NCBI GenBank assembly: GCA_951406725.2
Contig: OX597815.1
Location: 25,792,001 to 25,856,000, forward strand
Length of the DNA stretch: 64,000 nt
DNA from: Octopus vulgaris
Taxonomy: Eukaryota
Reading direction: 5' to 3'
Shown here: piece after piece, positions 39,125-50,695 of the stretch
Numbering within the stretch: the stretch's first letter is position 1
How the letters are laid out: each line of letters begins with the position of its first letter
Made by a program: the position numbers and the translations under genes
The notes under the pieces: generated by a model
Database searches by the model: none
What the model saw: only the letters and a program-made list of their open reading frames with translations
What the model was told of the DNA's origin: nothing

Positions 39125-39174
39125 TTTGTCAGTGAACAGGTCGCAGATTTTAGCGACGAAAATATTTTGACAAA
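39125..39174 (+). ncRNA. Minimal type I hammerhead-like motif, G3:C8 variant (right arm)
   Basis: TTTGTCA-GTGAACA-G-GTCGC-AGATTTTA-GCGAC-GAAA-ATAT-TT-TGACAAA. Confidence 0.7.
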
Positions 39175-39252
39175 TTAAACTTAAATGTTGAAGTGAATCG
39201 AACGGCTTTTGTGTGTTTCTTAAATGGCTTACAAACACCTTCCACGCTGCAA

Positions 39253-39305
<53 letters not shown>

Positions 39306-39308
<3 letters not shown>

Positions 39309-39789
39309 GCCTTTCGTTTGTTTTCTTGTTTATTTTTATTTCTCGTATTGTATTTACTTGTACATGTATTTTTATCTTGTAATTTATTTTGTATTTTTAT
39401 TTGTATCGTTTTTACGTCCTGTTTGTGTTACATTTTATTTTTTTCTTTCTTGTTTTTACCCCTCTGCGAAGTAATTTTATTTTAATTCTCTCGCAGGAAG
39501 GGCTAGTTTCGACGAGTCGTGTTCTGTCTTACCTTCGAAACACGCTAGAGTCGAACTAGGGACAGCTGATGAAGGGGATTTTTCCTTGTGTAGTTTGTCT
39601 TGTACTGTTTTTCTGTTGTAAAAAAATGGTTTGTTCCATGCTTGTTTTTCCGTTTTCGTTTCTCGTTGAGTTCTACGTCCAGTTGTGGTGTCCTGTACTT
39701 ACGTATATATTTATATATGCATGTATATGTACATGTAGATGTAGGTACGTACATATATGTTTGTATGTATGCATATATTTTATTTATTA

Positions 39790-39797
<8 letters not shown>
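39306..39797 (+). mobile_element. Unclassified interspersed repeat (copy 1) between (TA)n tracts, carrying a structured RNA
   Basis: Homologous to 54045-54415 over about 350 bp, including the AAGGGGA..TTCCTTGTGT..TGTCTTGTACT block. Confidence 0.7.
39518..39577 (+). ncRNA. Candidate hammerhead ribozyme with non-cyclic (pseudoknotted) strand order
   Basis: CGTG-TT-CTGTCTTA / CCTTC-GAAA-CACG / linker / AGGGACAG-CTGATGA-A-GGGG. All core nucleotides are present and all three helices can form. Confidence 0.55.
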
Positions 39798-39858
<61 letters not shown>

Positions 39859-41121
39859 TACACACAATTGCACATGCATATATGTATCTAATTATGGATA
39901 GTTGCATTTAAGAGTGTGTGCGTGAGTGTGTGGGTGTAGATAGGAATTTTCAAAGTTGTCTTTTCTTCGAACATATAGGTTTTTATAAATGAGTTGCATA
40001 TAAAATCCATGTGGTGCATGTTTGCGCAGTCAGAATCAATAACGTCTTGTGTTGATAGAGTTCTTTGCTACTTCGATAATTCCTTTTTTTTTTAATGTAA
40101 GGTTATGAATAATCAACATACTCCTACAAATGAAAACCATAACAGTTTGTCTAATGAAATAGCAACGTGTAACTTGCTCGTAATCCTATACTTGTATCAG
40201 CTGCGAAATTATGTACAAGCGGACGACGATGGCGACCAACAAACGACAGCAACAATAACACTGGAAACAGCAACTCCAACACGAAGATCAACAACAATCA
40301 AACAAATCACGAAGACAACAACAAACCACTACGACAGCAACAACCACTACTATTAAAATAACAGCCATTTATGATAACGACTGACTTTGAAATGTTGTAA
40401 AGAAACTTGTGCGGGAAACGGATTATATGTGAATTTTATGAGTTCTACGTGGAATGATAAATATATATATATATAAGGCATAGAGGGAAGGAGAGAGAGA
40501 AAAAGGGACAGAGAGAGGGGTGTAAGGAGGGTGGTAGGAAATGGGAGAAGGTGAGAGGTGCAGAAAGAGGATAGAGAGGGAAAGAGGAGTGCGGAGGGGA
40601 AGCGTCATAAGAAAGATAGGGTAAAAAAGAAGAAATAAAAACAGTAACTCGAGAAAAAGGAATTCTCTCTACTTTCTTCTCTCAATTTCCCTCACTTTAT
40701 AAGAGAGAGGGTGGAAAAAGAAAACACACAGACACACACACATTCACACACACATATGTATATAAAAAATATATATGCATTTATATATGTATATAAAAAT
40801 AACTACACATATATGGAAACATACGTGCATATACACACATATAAGCACATATACGCATATACACACATATAGGCACAAATATACACACACACACACACAT
40901 ATATATATACCGAGAAAGAGGGAGTGACAGACGAAAAAAAAAAAACGAGAGAGACACAGAGAGATTGTATATTTTCGTATTCTTTCATTAATTTTTTTTT
41001 TTGCAACAATAAATGTTGATATTGCTAAATACAATAAAAGCCCAACTACAGACTTGTTTAGATGTTCTATAAACATACAAAGCGTATAAAGCATACACGC
41101 ACACACACAGACACACACACA

Positions 41122-41221
<100 letters not shown>

Positions 41222-41631
41222 TATTTGGTCACAGCTGGTACGAAGAAGTAAAATTAAATGCATATTTTACCTTCAGGCTAAAAAAAGAGTACAAACTAAA
41301 ACTTCTAACTATGTTTGCATATTGTGAAGAGATCAACTTTTATATTAAAGTCTGAAGCCTTTTGTATTTCGGAATATTCTATGTTCAGCAAGTGGCTGGC
41401 TCAAAGAGCGTCTGTTGAAACTGGAACAATTACATGGTGGAAGAATGATTTTAATCTTTTAACAACACAAATATTGTAATATTCACTTTTGTTTTAGTTC
41501 TTAATTGTTAAAACCTATTATACCAAAAATTTTCGTTGCACATCTGCCATCTTGCCACTGACACGACTCCACAGCAACTATTGAGAATTATATTACTGAC
41601 GAGAATCAGTTACAGTACTGTGGCTTTTTTT

Positions 41632-42085
41632 CTCTATCTCTAGTTTCAGCTCAGAGCTGTGGCCATGCTGATGCACCGCCGTTTTGCTACACTGTCATTA
41701 CTAAGAGCCTCCTCTAATATGTGGCACTTGGTGAAGAATGGAGTTTGATATAGCTACCCTCGTTTGCACCTCTTGCCGTGGGGTAGGTTCATCTGGGACT
41801 CTCGACAGGAAGAGGTCCAGCTTTGATTTAAAAACCCCTACACCTACTTTGTGTAAGTTCCTCAGAGTCTTTGGGAGAATAGAAAAAAGTTGTGGGCCCT
41901 TGAAACCCAGGCTGTTGCAGTAACTGGTCCTGAAGCGTGATGGCATTGCTGGGACCTTTGGCACTATGCAGTGTCGTCCCGTTCTGTCATTGGTGTAGCT
42001 TTCAATGCCAAAATTTGGTATAATTCCTTCCAGGATCTTCCAGATATATATTACTGCATACCTCTCCCATCTTCTCTCCAGGGAC
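41632..42085 (-). mobile_element. CR1-group LINE 3' end
   Basis: SLERRWERYAVIYIWKILEGIIPNFGI...SLGFKGPQLFSILPKTLRNLH..VFKSKLDLFLSRVPDEP (C-terminus typical of CR1/Jockey-group RT); 3'-UTR GGCGGTGCATCAGCATGGCCACAGCTCTGAGCTGAAAC. Confidence 0.82.
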
Positions 42086-42395
42086 TTAGCTGTTTCAACC
42101 TTTTTGAATTATTAACATAAGAAACTTTAGTTACTCTAGTCACTTTAGTCACCCTTAATCACACTCCGATTTGATTCTCCCTTCTTTCTCTCTATTTGTG
42201 TTTCATAATTAGGTATTTCCTTTATTCGTGATTATTCTTTCTCTTTTATTTCACAAAAATAGAACTTATTATCTGCACTACTGCTGCAAAAAGAAAAAAA
42301 AAGGATACCCTCCTCGCAGCAATATAAATGCATATATATGCATTTAATGCGTTTATTTAGGCAGGTATACATACATACATACACGCACATATACG

Positions 42396-42456
<61 letters not shown>

Positions 42457-42518
42457 CATATGAGAGTGTATTATATATGTGTATACGAATGTATATTTAT
42501 ATTTTACATACATATACA

Positions 42519-42590
<72 letters not shown>

Positions 42591-42591
<1 letters not shown>

Positions 42592-43889
42592 TAGCTGTTG
42601 GACCCGGAGTTACTCGTGTTTTCAGAGTTGAATTTAAGCCCACCTCTGACCTTGTATTGAAATCTTCTACGTTCCCTGTGTCATCTATTATCCATTAAGA
42701 TGTTATATCTGGTTCGGCATTGATTTTACCTGGTTAATGCTTTCAACATACTCCTACAGACTGGACTATCTGAAATAGCAGTCAAACTTTTGGGTGTACC
42801 TCGACCCGTTGAGAGAGATGTTTGTTTATTTCTCTCCCCTCAATGTCACCCTCTGTACAAAATTGATCAGCGTGTTCAATGTCAGAAAAATCCAAAGTAA
42901 AGTGTTATGGTTATGTCATAAAATAGAATCCATGTGACATTTACATGAAAATTTCCCATTGATTTTTAAGTCCCAATATATTATATGAATAATTGATGTT
43001 TCGTATGCCGAAGTGCTTAATTTTACTCGTGGGTCAATTTTCTTTAAAATCAGTTCATTATTTTATTGAGTGAATTTTGACGATTTCTACCTTTCACCAG
43101 TTTAATTTTAATTCTACTACATGACTTTGACCATAAACTTTACCTAAGTGTCAAGTTTCATAAAAATCGGATGAATTCCGTAAAAGTTACAGCATAAAAT
43201 ATTAATCCTATGGGTAATTGCATACAAAAAGCCTATTGATTTTTTTAAAATCCACCGCTCACGCGCAATTATCGATTTTTGTCAACTCTTCATGCTGGCA
43301 TCAAATAACGGACATGAACTGTAATCACGTGTAAAATTCCTATAAAATCGATAAGAATGTCTACAAGGAAATGCTTATTTGCATTTGTGCCCTTTTCAAA
43401 CCCTTTAGAATTACATAAACACCTTTACCATCTGCCTCACCATAAAATTTACCTACATCTCATATTTCATTGAAATCGAAAAAAAAAATATAAAAGTTAC
43501 AGCCAAAAAATATCCCTATGGGTATTTGCACGTAAAAGGCCTATTGATTTTATAAAACCACTGATCAGAGCACAGTTATCGACTTTTTTGTCAACGCCAT
43601 ATATTGAAAGCAATTCAATTCCATGAGCCCCGCTCACTCATCGATTTTCATGAAAATCGGACAAAAAATTCAAAACCTGCAGGAAAAATAACATCGTTAT
43701 GGGAATTACCATTCAAACGCCCAAATGAGCTCACAAAAATCGTGCCAACAAGCATTATCGAGTTTTCGAAAACTTCCGACCTTCTTTGAACTTCAGGGCA
43801 TGTGATCTACCTGTGTACCAAAAATCATTAAAATCGGTTGGACAGTGAGGGAGGAGTAGTAACCCCAAACACACAGACAGACAGACACC

Positions 43890-43920
<31 letters not shown>
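42591..43920 (-). mobile_element. Helitron-type non-autonomous element with internal ~310-bp tandem repeat
   Basis: Minus-strand 3' end ACACGAGTAACTCCGGGTCCAACAG-CTAG|T; 5' region GTCTGTCTGT..CCAACCGATTTTAATGATTTTTGG; CCATAAA.TTTACCTA..TTTCAT.AAATCG..AAAAGTTACAGC..CCTATGGGTA repeated at about 43131 and 43440. Confidence 0.6.
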
Positions 43921-43946
<26 letters not shown>

Positions 43947-43951
<5 letters not shown>

Positions 43952-44417
43952 TAAATGAGGGTGAAAAATTAGATATTAATTTAATAATGTTAAACTGACG
44001 GTATTATTAAATTAATATCTAATTTTTCACCCTCTTTTATGAATTTATGAAATAAGTATACTGCAGCAAATATTGTATGCGGTATTGTTTTCCACGGCGT
44101 CTTAATATGCTTTCGGCAGGAAGCTAAACCAGAACTATGTATGCAATAGATCAGACTGCATGTGTATTGCATCGCCTGTGTGGGTCTGATAAATTGTATC
44201 AAGGACAAATACTGCTGATGAATTATAGACAAATATGTGAGTATGATTACATATTCTGTTGATAAGGAAACAATTGTTCAGTATTGATCTATCTTTTTGT
44301 TGTACTTCGCTTCCCTTACGTTGAGGGTAATGCTGTTTCTGTTGTGGAAAAAATCTTCGGTGGCTATACCAGAATAAGGAGCTATTTCTAGCACTTGAGT
44401 TAGCCACTTATCGTTAA

Positions 44418-44420
<3 letters not shown>
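43947..44420 (+). mobile_element. PLE-type pLTR insertion with 42-bp fold-back (43947-43988 / 44003-44044), between (TA)n tracts
   Basis: Inverted arms with one mismatch and a 14-nt loop; contains a hammerhead motif. Confidence 0.7.
44208..44285 (+). ncRNA. Type I hammerhead ribozyme motif, canonical core, long stem II
   Basis: AATACTG-CTGATGA-[A TTAT..AATATGTGA gtatga TTACATATT..ATAA G]-GAAA-CAATTG-TT-CAGTATT; 7-bp stem I, palindromic ACAATTGT stem III. Confidence 0.78.
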
Positions 44421-44464
<44 letters not shown>

Positions 44465-44479
44465 TATCTATATTTCTAC

Positions 44480-44513
<34 letters not shown>

Positions 44514-44526
44514 GTAATTTCTACAG

Positions 44527-44648
<122 letters not shown>

Positions 44649-44740
44649 AAGGAAAGAAAATGGACAGGACTGAATCCCTGATGAGGTTATAACTCCCTCG
44701 AATTAGCAATATATATATATATATATATTTATATACACAC

Positions 44741-44926
44741 CAAGGGGTGCTGAAAAGTTCGTGGTTTTAAGGGTATCACGAAAAGCCTGGCTGGAGGCCC
44801 AAACTTCCAAGTTCATTTACAGTGCTTAGAAAAATTGAAGGACCGCTGCAATATGTGCGTGAATCTGAGAGGGCAATAATTCACTGATCATCCTGTATTT
44901 TCTTTTACCCAATGCCAGGAACTTTT

Positions 44927-44927
<1 letters not shown>
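44741..44927 (+). mobile_element. Mariner-derived MITE
   Basis: GGGGTGCTGAAAAGTTCGTGGTTTTAAGGGTA ... TACCCAATGCCAGGAACTTTTC inverted termini; the interior resembles a mariner C-terminus (WLEAQ...). Confidence 0.6.
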
Positions 44928-44990
<63 letters not shown>

Positions 44991-45224
44991 GTGTGTGTGT
45001 AAAATTCTGTAATTATACCAAAAATGCTTTTCTTTTTATGCAAAGCAATTGGCGAGAAGTTTCAATAAGGTGAAGAGAATTAGATTTAAAGCGATAATTT
45101 ATGCAGTGAAGTTCAAGTACGAAGAGACGCTGGGAAAGAGGAGCAATAAAATCAATAGAGGCACTAATGTATGTATGTATGTATGTATGTATGTATGTAT
45201 GTATGTATGTATGTATGTATGTAT

Positions 45225-45825
45225 GTTTCTTTACTGCCCACAATGAGCTAAACATAGAGGGGACAAACAAGGACAGACAAAGGGATTAAGTCGATTACAT
45301 CGATCCCAGTGCGAAACTGGTACTTAATTTATCGACCCCGAAAGAATGAAAGGCAAAGTCGACCTCGGCGGAATTTGAACTCAGAACGTAACGATAGACG
45401 AAATACCAATATCTTTACTACCCACAAGGGTCTAAACACAGAAGAGACAAACAAGGACAGACAAACGGATTAAGTCGATTACATCGACCCCAGTGCGTAA
45501 CTGATGCCTATTTAATTGACCCCGAAAGGATGAAAGACAAAGTTGACTTCGGCGGTATTTGAGCTCAGAACGTAACGGCAGACGAAATACCGATTTCTTT
45601 ATTACCCACAAGGGGTTAAAGACACAGGGGACAAACAAGGACAGACATAGGTATTAAGTCGATTACATCGACCCCAGTGCGTAACTGGTACTTAATTTAT
45701 CGACCCCGAAAGGATGAAAGGCAAAGTTGACCTCGGCGGAATTTGAACTCAGAACGTAACGGCAGACGAAATACCGCTAAGCATCTCGCCCGGCGTGCTA
45801 ACGTTTCTGCCAGCTCGCCGCCTTC
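45225..45825 (-). mobile_element. SINE family 1 head-to-tail trimer
   Basis: One full unit (45594-45825) plus two units restarting at GGTATTTCGTC; the 3' end runs into (TACA)n. Confidence 0.9.
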
Positions 45826-46753
45826 ATATATATGTATGTATGTATGTATGTATATATCTTATCTCCGGATATATGCCTTCATATTTTCATAGAAGTTCAT
45901 AATTACGATCTGCTTTCGTCTGCGAGGCGGCAGAAAGAATCGGAAATATGTGTGGTTGTTGATATACATAACAGCGAGAAACCAAAAATACTTTTTTGTT
46001 GAAAGTGTTCAACCAGGGGATTCAATAAAAATGAAAAGTAAAATGTGAGATTTAGAGTGCTAATATGTACAAGAATTGTGAATACGTTTCACTCTTTTAT
46101 TTACTCCGTAGGGAAAAAATCGGCGGTATTCGGGAATATTCGATATATCAGATACCCAAACACGTATAATTTGCAATGCTAAATACTTTGTGCGGGTCCT
46201 CTACATTAAAAATAGAATTTATATGACTACATAATGTTTCGGAGTTACACCGGACATAGTTTTTCGTACAATGCCATTAGCAACAGAATTCAATAAAAGT
46301 GAAGAGAGGAAAGTAGCCTAATGGTTACTCTCTCTTTTACTTGTTTCAGTCATCTGACTGCGGCCATGCTGGAGCACCGCCTTTAGGAGGAGACGGGTGA
46401 GACTGCGCCAATGGTTGCAAGCTTTACATCGTCAGTACGACGTTAAACACGAAGTAACCACACAGCTAGTAACCACACGGTTGTATTTATATATAGTTTT
46501 TAGTCTTTTATTTGTTTCAATCTTTGGACTGTGGTCATGCTGGGGCACCGCGTTGAAAGTTTTCGTTGAACATATCGGACACACTATTCGCTTTAAAATA
46601 TTGTAGTTATTCTATCAGTTACCATTTGAGTGTTCATTTTCAAATATTGTAATTATTCTATCAGTCTCCATTTGCCGAACCACTATATAACGGGTACGTA
46701 AACTACCCAACATCAATTTTGAAGTTGTGACTAGGCAAACATACATAAACACG

Positions 46754-46820
<67 letters not shown>

Positions 46821-47086
46821 ACAAACACACACACACACACACACATAAATGTATGCAGATACAACAGATTCCCACACCACATCCATGCATTAGTCAGTCT
46901 GGGGATGTTACAAGATACTTGCTTAAGTTGCAGTGGAGTTAGACTGAATTTGAAAACAGGTGGTTGTGAAGCGAACTTCTTAGCATAGCCATGCATGCGC
47001 CAATGATCAGAATAGTAATAAATGTTGAGAATAGTAAGTAGCCTTAAATATTTTCAGTATCTCAATTTCATTGGCTATACCTGAGC

Positions 47087-47375
47087 TGCGCAAAGGCCCA
47101 TTGGTTAGGGCAGCGGACTCGCGGTTTCGATTCCCAAAACGGGCGTTGTGTGTGTTTATTGAGCGAAACCACCTAAAAGCTCCAGGAGGTTCAGGCAGGG
47201 GGTGGTGGCGACCCCTGTTGTACTCTTTCGCCATAACTTTTTCTTACTCTCTCTTCCTGTTTCTCGAGTAACGCTGCGATGGACTGGCGTCCCGTCCAGC
47301 TGGGAGGAACACATACGCCACAGAAACCGGGAAACCGGGTCCCTGGACCTGGCTAGGCTTGAAAAGGGCGACACA
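47087..47375 (+). mobile_element. tRNA-derived SINE, family-3 tail with a different head and middle
   Basis: GGCCCATTGGTTAGGGCAGCGGACTCGCGGTTTCGATTCC; tail GAGTAACGCTGCGATGGACTGGCGTCCCGTCCAGCTGGG..AACACATACGCC shared with 32529-32630. Confidence 0.8.
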
Positions 47376-48551
47376 TACCTCAGTTGAGAGTAGAGAAGGC
47401 AAACAGGCTTCACGTCCTGAGAAAGTGAGAATGCAAGTGAGCTTCAAGCCCTGATAGTTATACTGTTTTTGCTGTTGTTGCTTAATTTCAGGTTTAACTT
47501 CGATCAAGGATGTTTCAGTCGTGACTATCTTATGTCTTTAGTAGACATATTGTGCTTCTAGAACCATGTAATCAAACATAACCGTCCTTCTTGAACACGG
47601 TAAGTAGTAATTCAAGGGAGATTCGACTGCCATTTCTAGTGTCACTTCAGGAATGCATACAGGCTCCCACCATGGCTCGTGTACTGATGAGAATGCTGGA
47701 ATTTTGATGATCATGTCAATTATGTTGTTGTTTAGCCCGGGTCATGGTTACAGGTCAAACAGCCGTGTTTTTCTCAGGTACGATATATCTCTGGTTACAT
47801 CATCATTTGTGTACATTCCAAAATCAGTAAGACCTGATTTGAAAGATATCTGACCGTTTCTTCCAGCAGCTCGAACGACCATTTGGAGGCTTCGTCGTTC
47901 ACTAATGTTTTTGATGGCTATAAAAATCATACTTTATTCAATAAATTTATTTTCAACTCTGGGAGATTTCCTGGGGATCATACAAAGATCAAATTTATAG
48001 GAGACCTACTTGTCTGAGTTCAGCTCTGCAAAATTCTATATATGAACACCGCTTCGATTAATTTATATATGATTACACATTCATACATGTTTCTGGTTGT
48101 ACAGCAATTCAGAAGTATCTGAATATAATGGCATGTATTTGGTCCTGGCCCATCCCGCCAGCTATATAACCTTTCCTATTTTTTCTTTACATACTGCAGA
48201 CATTTTATATCAGAATACATGTACTTTCAGTTGTATGTATGCATATGTAATATGTATGCATGCCTGTACGTACACGCACAGACACATATACACACATACA
48301 CACACATACACACACACACACGCACGCATACACACATTATCTTATATGCGTATATAATATAAATTATTCTAAATGTATATATATATATATATATCTTTAT
48401 AAGTGTGTGTGCATATATATATGTGTGTGTGTGTGTATCCGTATATATATATATATATGTGTGAGTGTGTATAAAGAGAAAAAGAGAGAGATGAATATAC
48501 ACAGGCGCATATATATATATGTATTCATACATAAATATATGCATGTATGTT

Positions 48552-48640
<89 letters not shown>

Positions 48641-49040
48641 CGTCTATGTATTTATATATATATGGAGATGTCTATTGATTTTTTCTTATTACAATTTTAT
48701 TACAATCTTAATTAGGAATAATTCAAGCGCCTGACAGGGTGGAATGAAAGATCAGCGCTTAGCTTTTTCATAGCCACGATAATTATGGCGATCATAACGA
48801 CGAAGAAAAAGTCACGAAACAAGAGATAGAAGAGAATAAAAGTGAAAGAAAAATAAGAAGAACCGGAAGAATATGAATAAGATATAGAGAGGAGGTAGAG
48901 AAGGTAGAAAGCAGCAGAAATAAATGAAGGAGAAAGAAGAAAATTAAAAATGGTAGTATCTTAATAATCATTTGTTGTCACAATGGCTGGAGATACGAAT
49001 GAAAGGTCCTAATATTAAAATTACCCTACAGAAATGGCCA

Positions 49041-49077
<37 letters not shown>

Positions 49078-49120
49078 ACCTCCCCCTCCCTCTATACATA
49101 TATATATATAAATATATATG

Positions 49121-49151
<31 letters not shown>

Positions 49152-49175
49152 ATATATGTACACATACACACACTC

Positions 49176-49214
<39 letters not shown>

Positions 49215-49252
49215 TATGCGTATATATAAATACACACATATATATATATACA

Positions 49253-49369
<117 letters not shown>

Positions 49370-49482
49370 CACATATATATATGTATACATACATACACAT
49401 ACATATATATACGTAAATATATACATACACATGTATCTTACACAATACACACACTCACACACACATTTATCTCACTCTCTCT

Positions 49483-49583
<101 letters not shown>

Positions 49584-50024
49584 CACAGAGACAGAGAAGG
49601 AGTGAGAGAGAGAGAGGAGAGTGAGAGAGAATAAGGTAGAAAATATGAAAGAAAGAATTAAAACCCACAAGGAAAGAAATAGGTCAAGAACTGGCAATAG
49701 GAAATCGCTGACTGTTGGTGGTAATTAGCGAGTAGTCTTTGAGATTGTAACAGAAATGTTAGAGCTGTGACGTTTGGCTTATGATTCCTGGCACTAATTT
49801 GGTGTAGACAGATGTTGTAGTGACTGGCTAGTATTTGTTGATTGTGATGTGGTTAACAAAACGGTAGCGACAGTTTTGCAATATCAGGAGTATTTTACAC
49901 GAGTTTGTTTGTTAGACTAGCTGTCAACGCACTCAAGACATCTCAACTCAGCATATCTATCCTATTGTTTAGAAATAGTAAACAGCTCTTCAATGCGAGC
50001 GCAACATTTCGGAAATGGTATATT

Positions 50025-50261
50025 CTTTACTCTTTTACCTGTTTCAGTCATTTGACTGCGGCCATGCTGGAGCACCGCCTTTAATCGAGCAAATCGACTC
50101 CAGGACTTATTCTTTGTAAGCCTGGTACTTATTCTATCAGTCTCTTTGGCTGAACCGCTAAGTTACGGGGACGTAAACACACCATCATCGGTTGTCAAGC
50201 TATGTTGGGGGTCAAACACCGACACACAAATATACACACACATATACATATATATATATAC

Positions 50262-50292
<31 letters not shown>

Positions 50293-50695
50293 CATACATA
50301 TATATACATACACTAAAGTCGCCATGATAGATCGTTAGCCATTACGCACATTTTTTTCTCTCCTTGTTTTTTTCTGTGTCTCTTTCTGTAGAAGAGCGTA
50401 GGCTCGAAACGTAAAAGACTTTTTCAATTCCTGAGCGTTATACTAATACATCTGTTTGTTTTGTACACCACCTGTCTTCGTCTTTTGTTTATTTCGTAAA
50501 CTCTCCCCATATATATATATTTATATACATATATCCGACTAACATCTTTCAGTTTCCGTCTACCAAATCCACTCACAAGGCTTTGGTCGGCCCGAGGCTA
50601 AAGTAGAAGACACTTGCCCAAAGTGCCACGCAGTGGGACTGAACCCGGAACCATGTGGTTGGTGTGCAAGCAACTTACCACACAGCTACTCCTAC
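50025..50695 (-). mobile_element. SINE family 2, full length, with a PLE pLTR fragment in its internal (TA)n
   Basis: Tail 50025-50240 and head 50545-50695 flank the insertion. Confidence 0.88.
50312..50510 (+). mobile_element. Solo PLE pLTR fragment with A6U hammerhead-like motif at 50381-50418
   Basis: TCTTT-CTGTAGA-A-GAGC-GTAG-GCTC-GAAA-CG-TA-AAAGA; homologous to 28810-29020. Confidence 0.85.

Larger units (their letters stand above)
38908..39252. mobile_element. Fold-back PLE-type insertion: 134-bp inverted arms (38977-39110 / 39119-39252) plus 69-bp tail, inside (TA)n
   Basis: The arms are near-perfect reverse complements around an 8-nt centre. The tail is homologous to 35471-35545. 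Confidence 0.85.

Noticed and set aside
39515-39570. HDV-like ribozyme interpretation of the pseudoknot
   Set aside because: Only about 7 nt lie between the would-be P2 and P1' strands, too few for P3/L3. The hammerhead core fits better.
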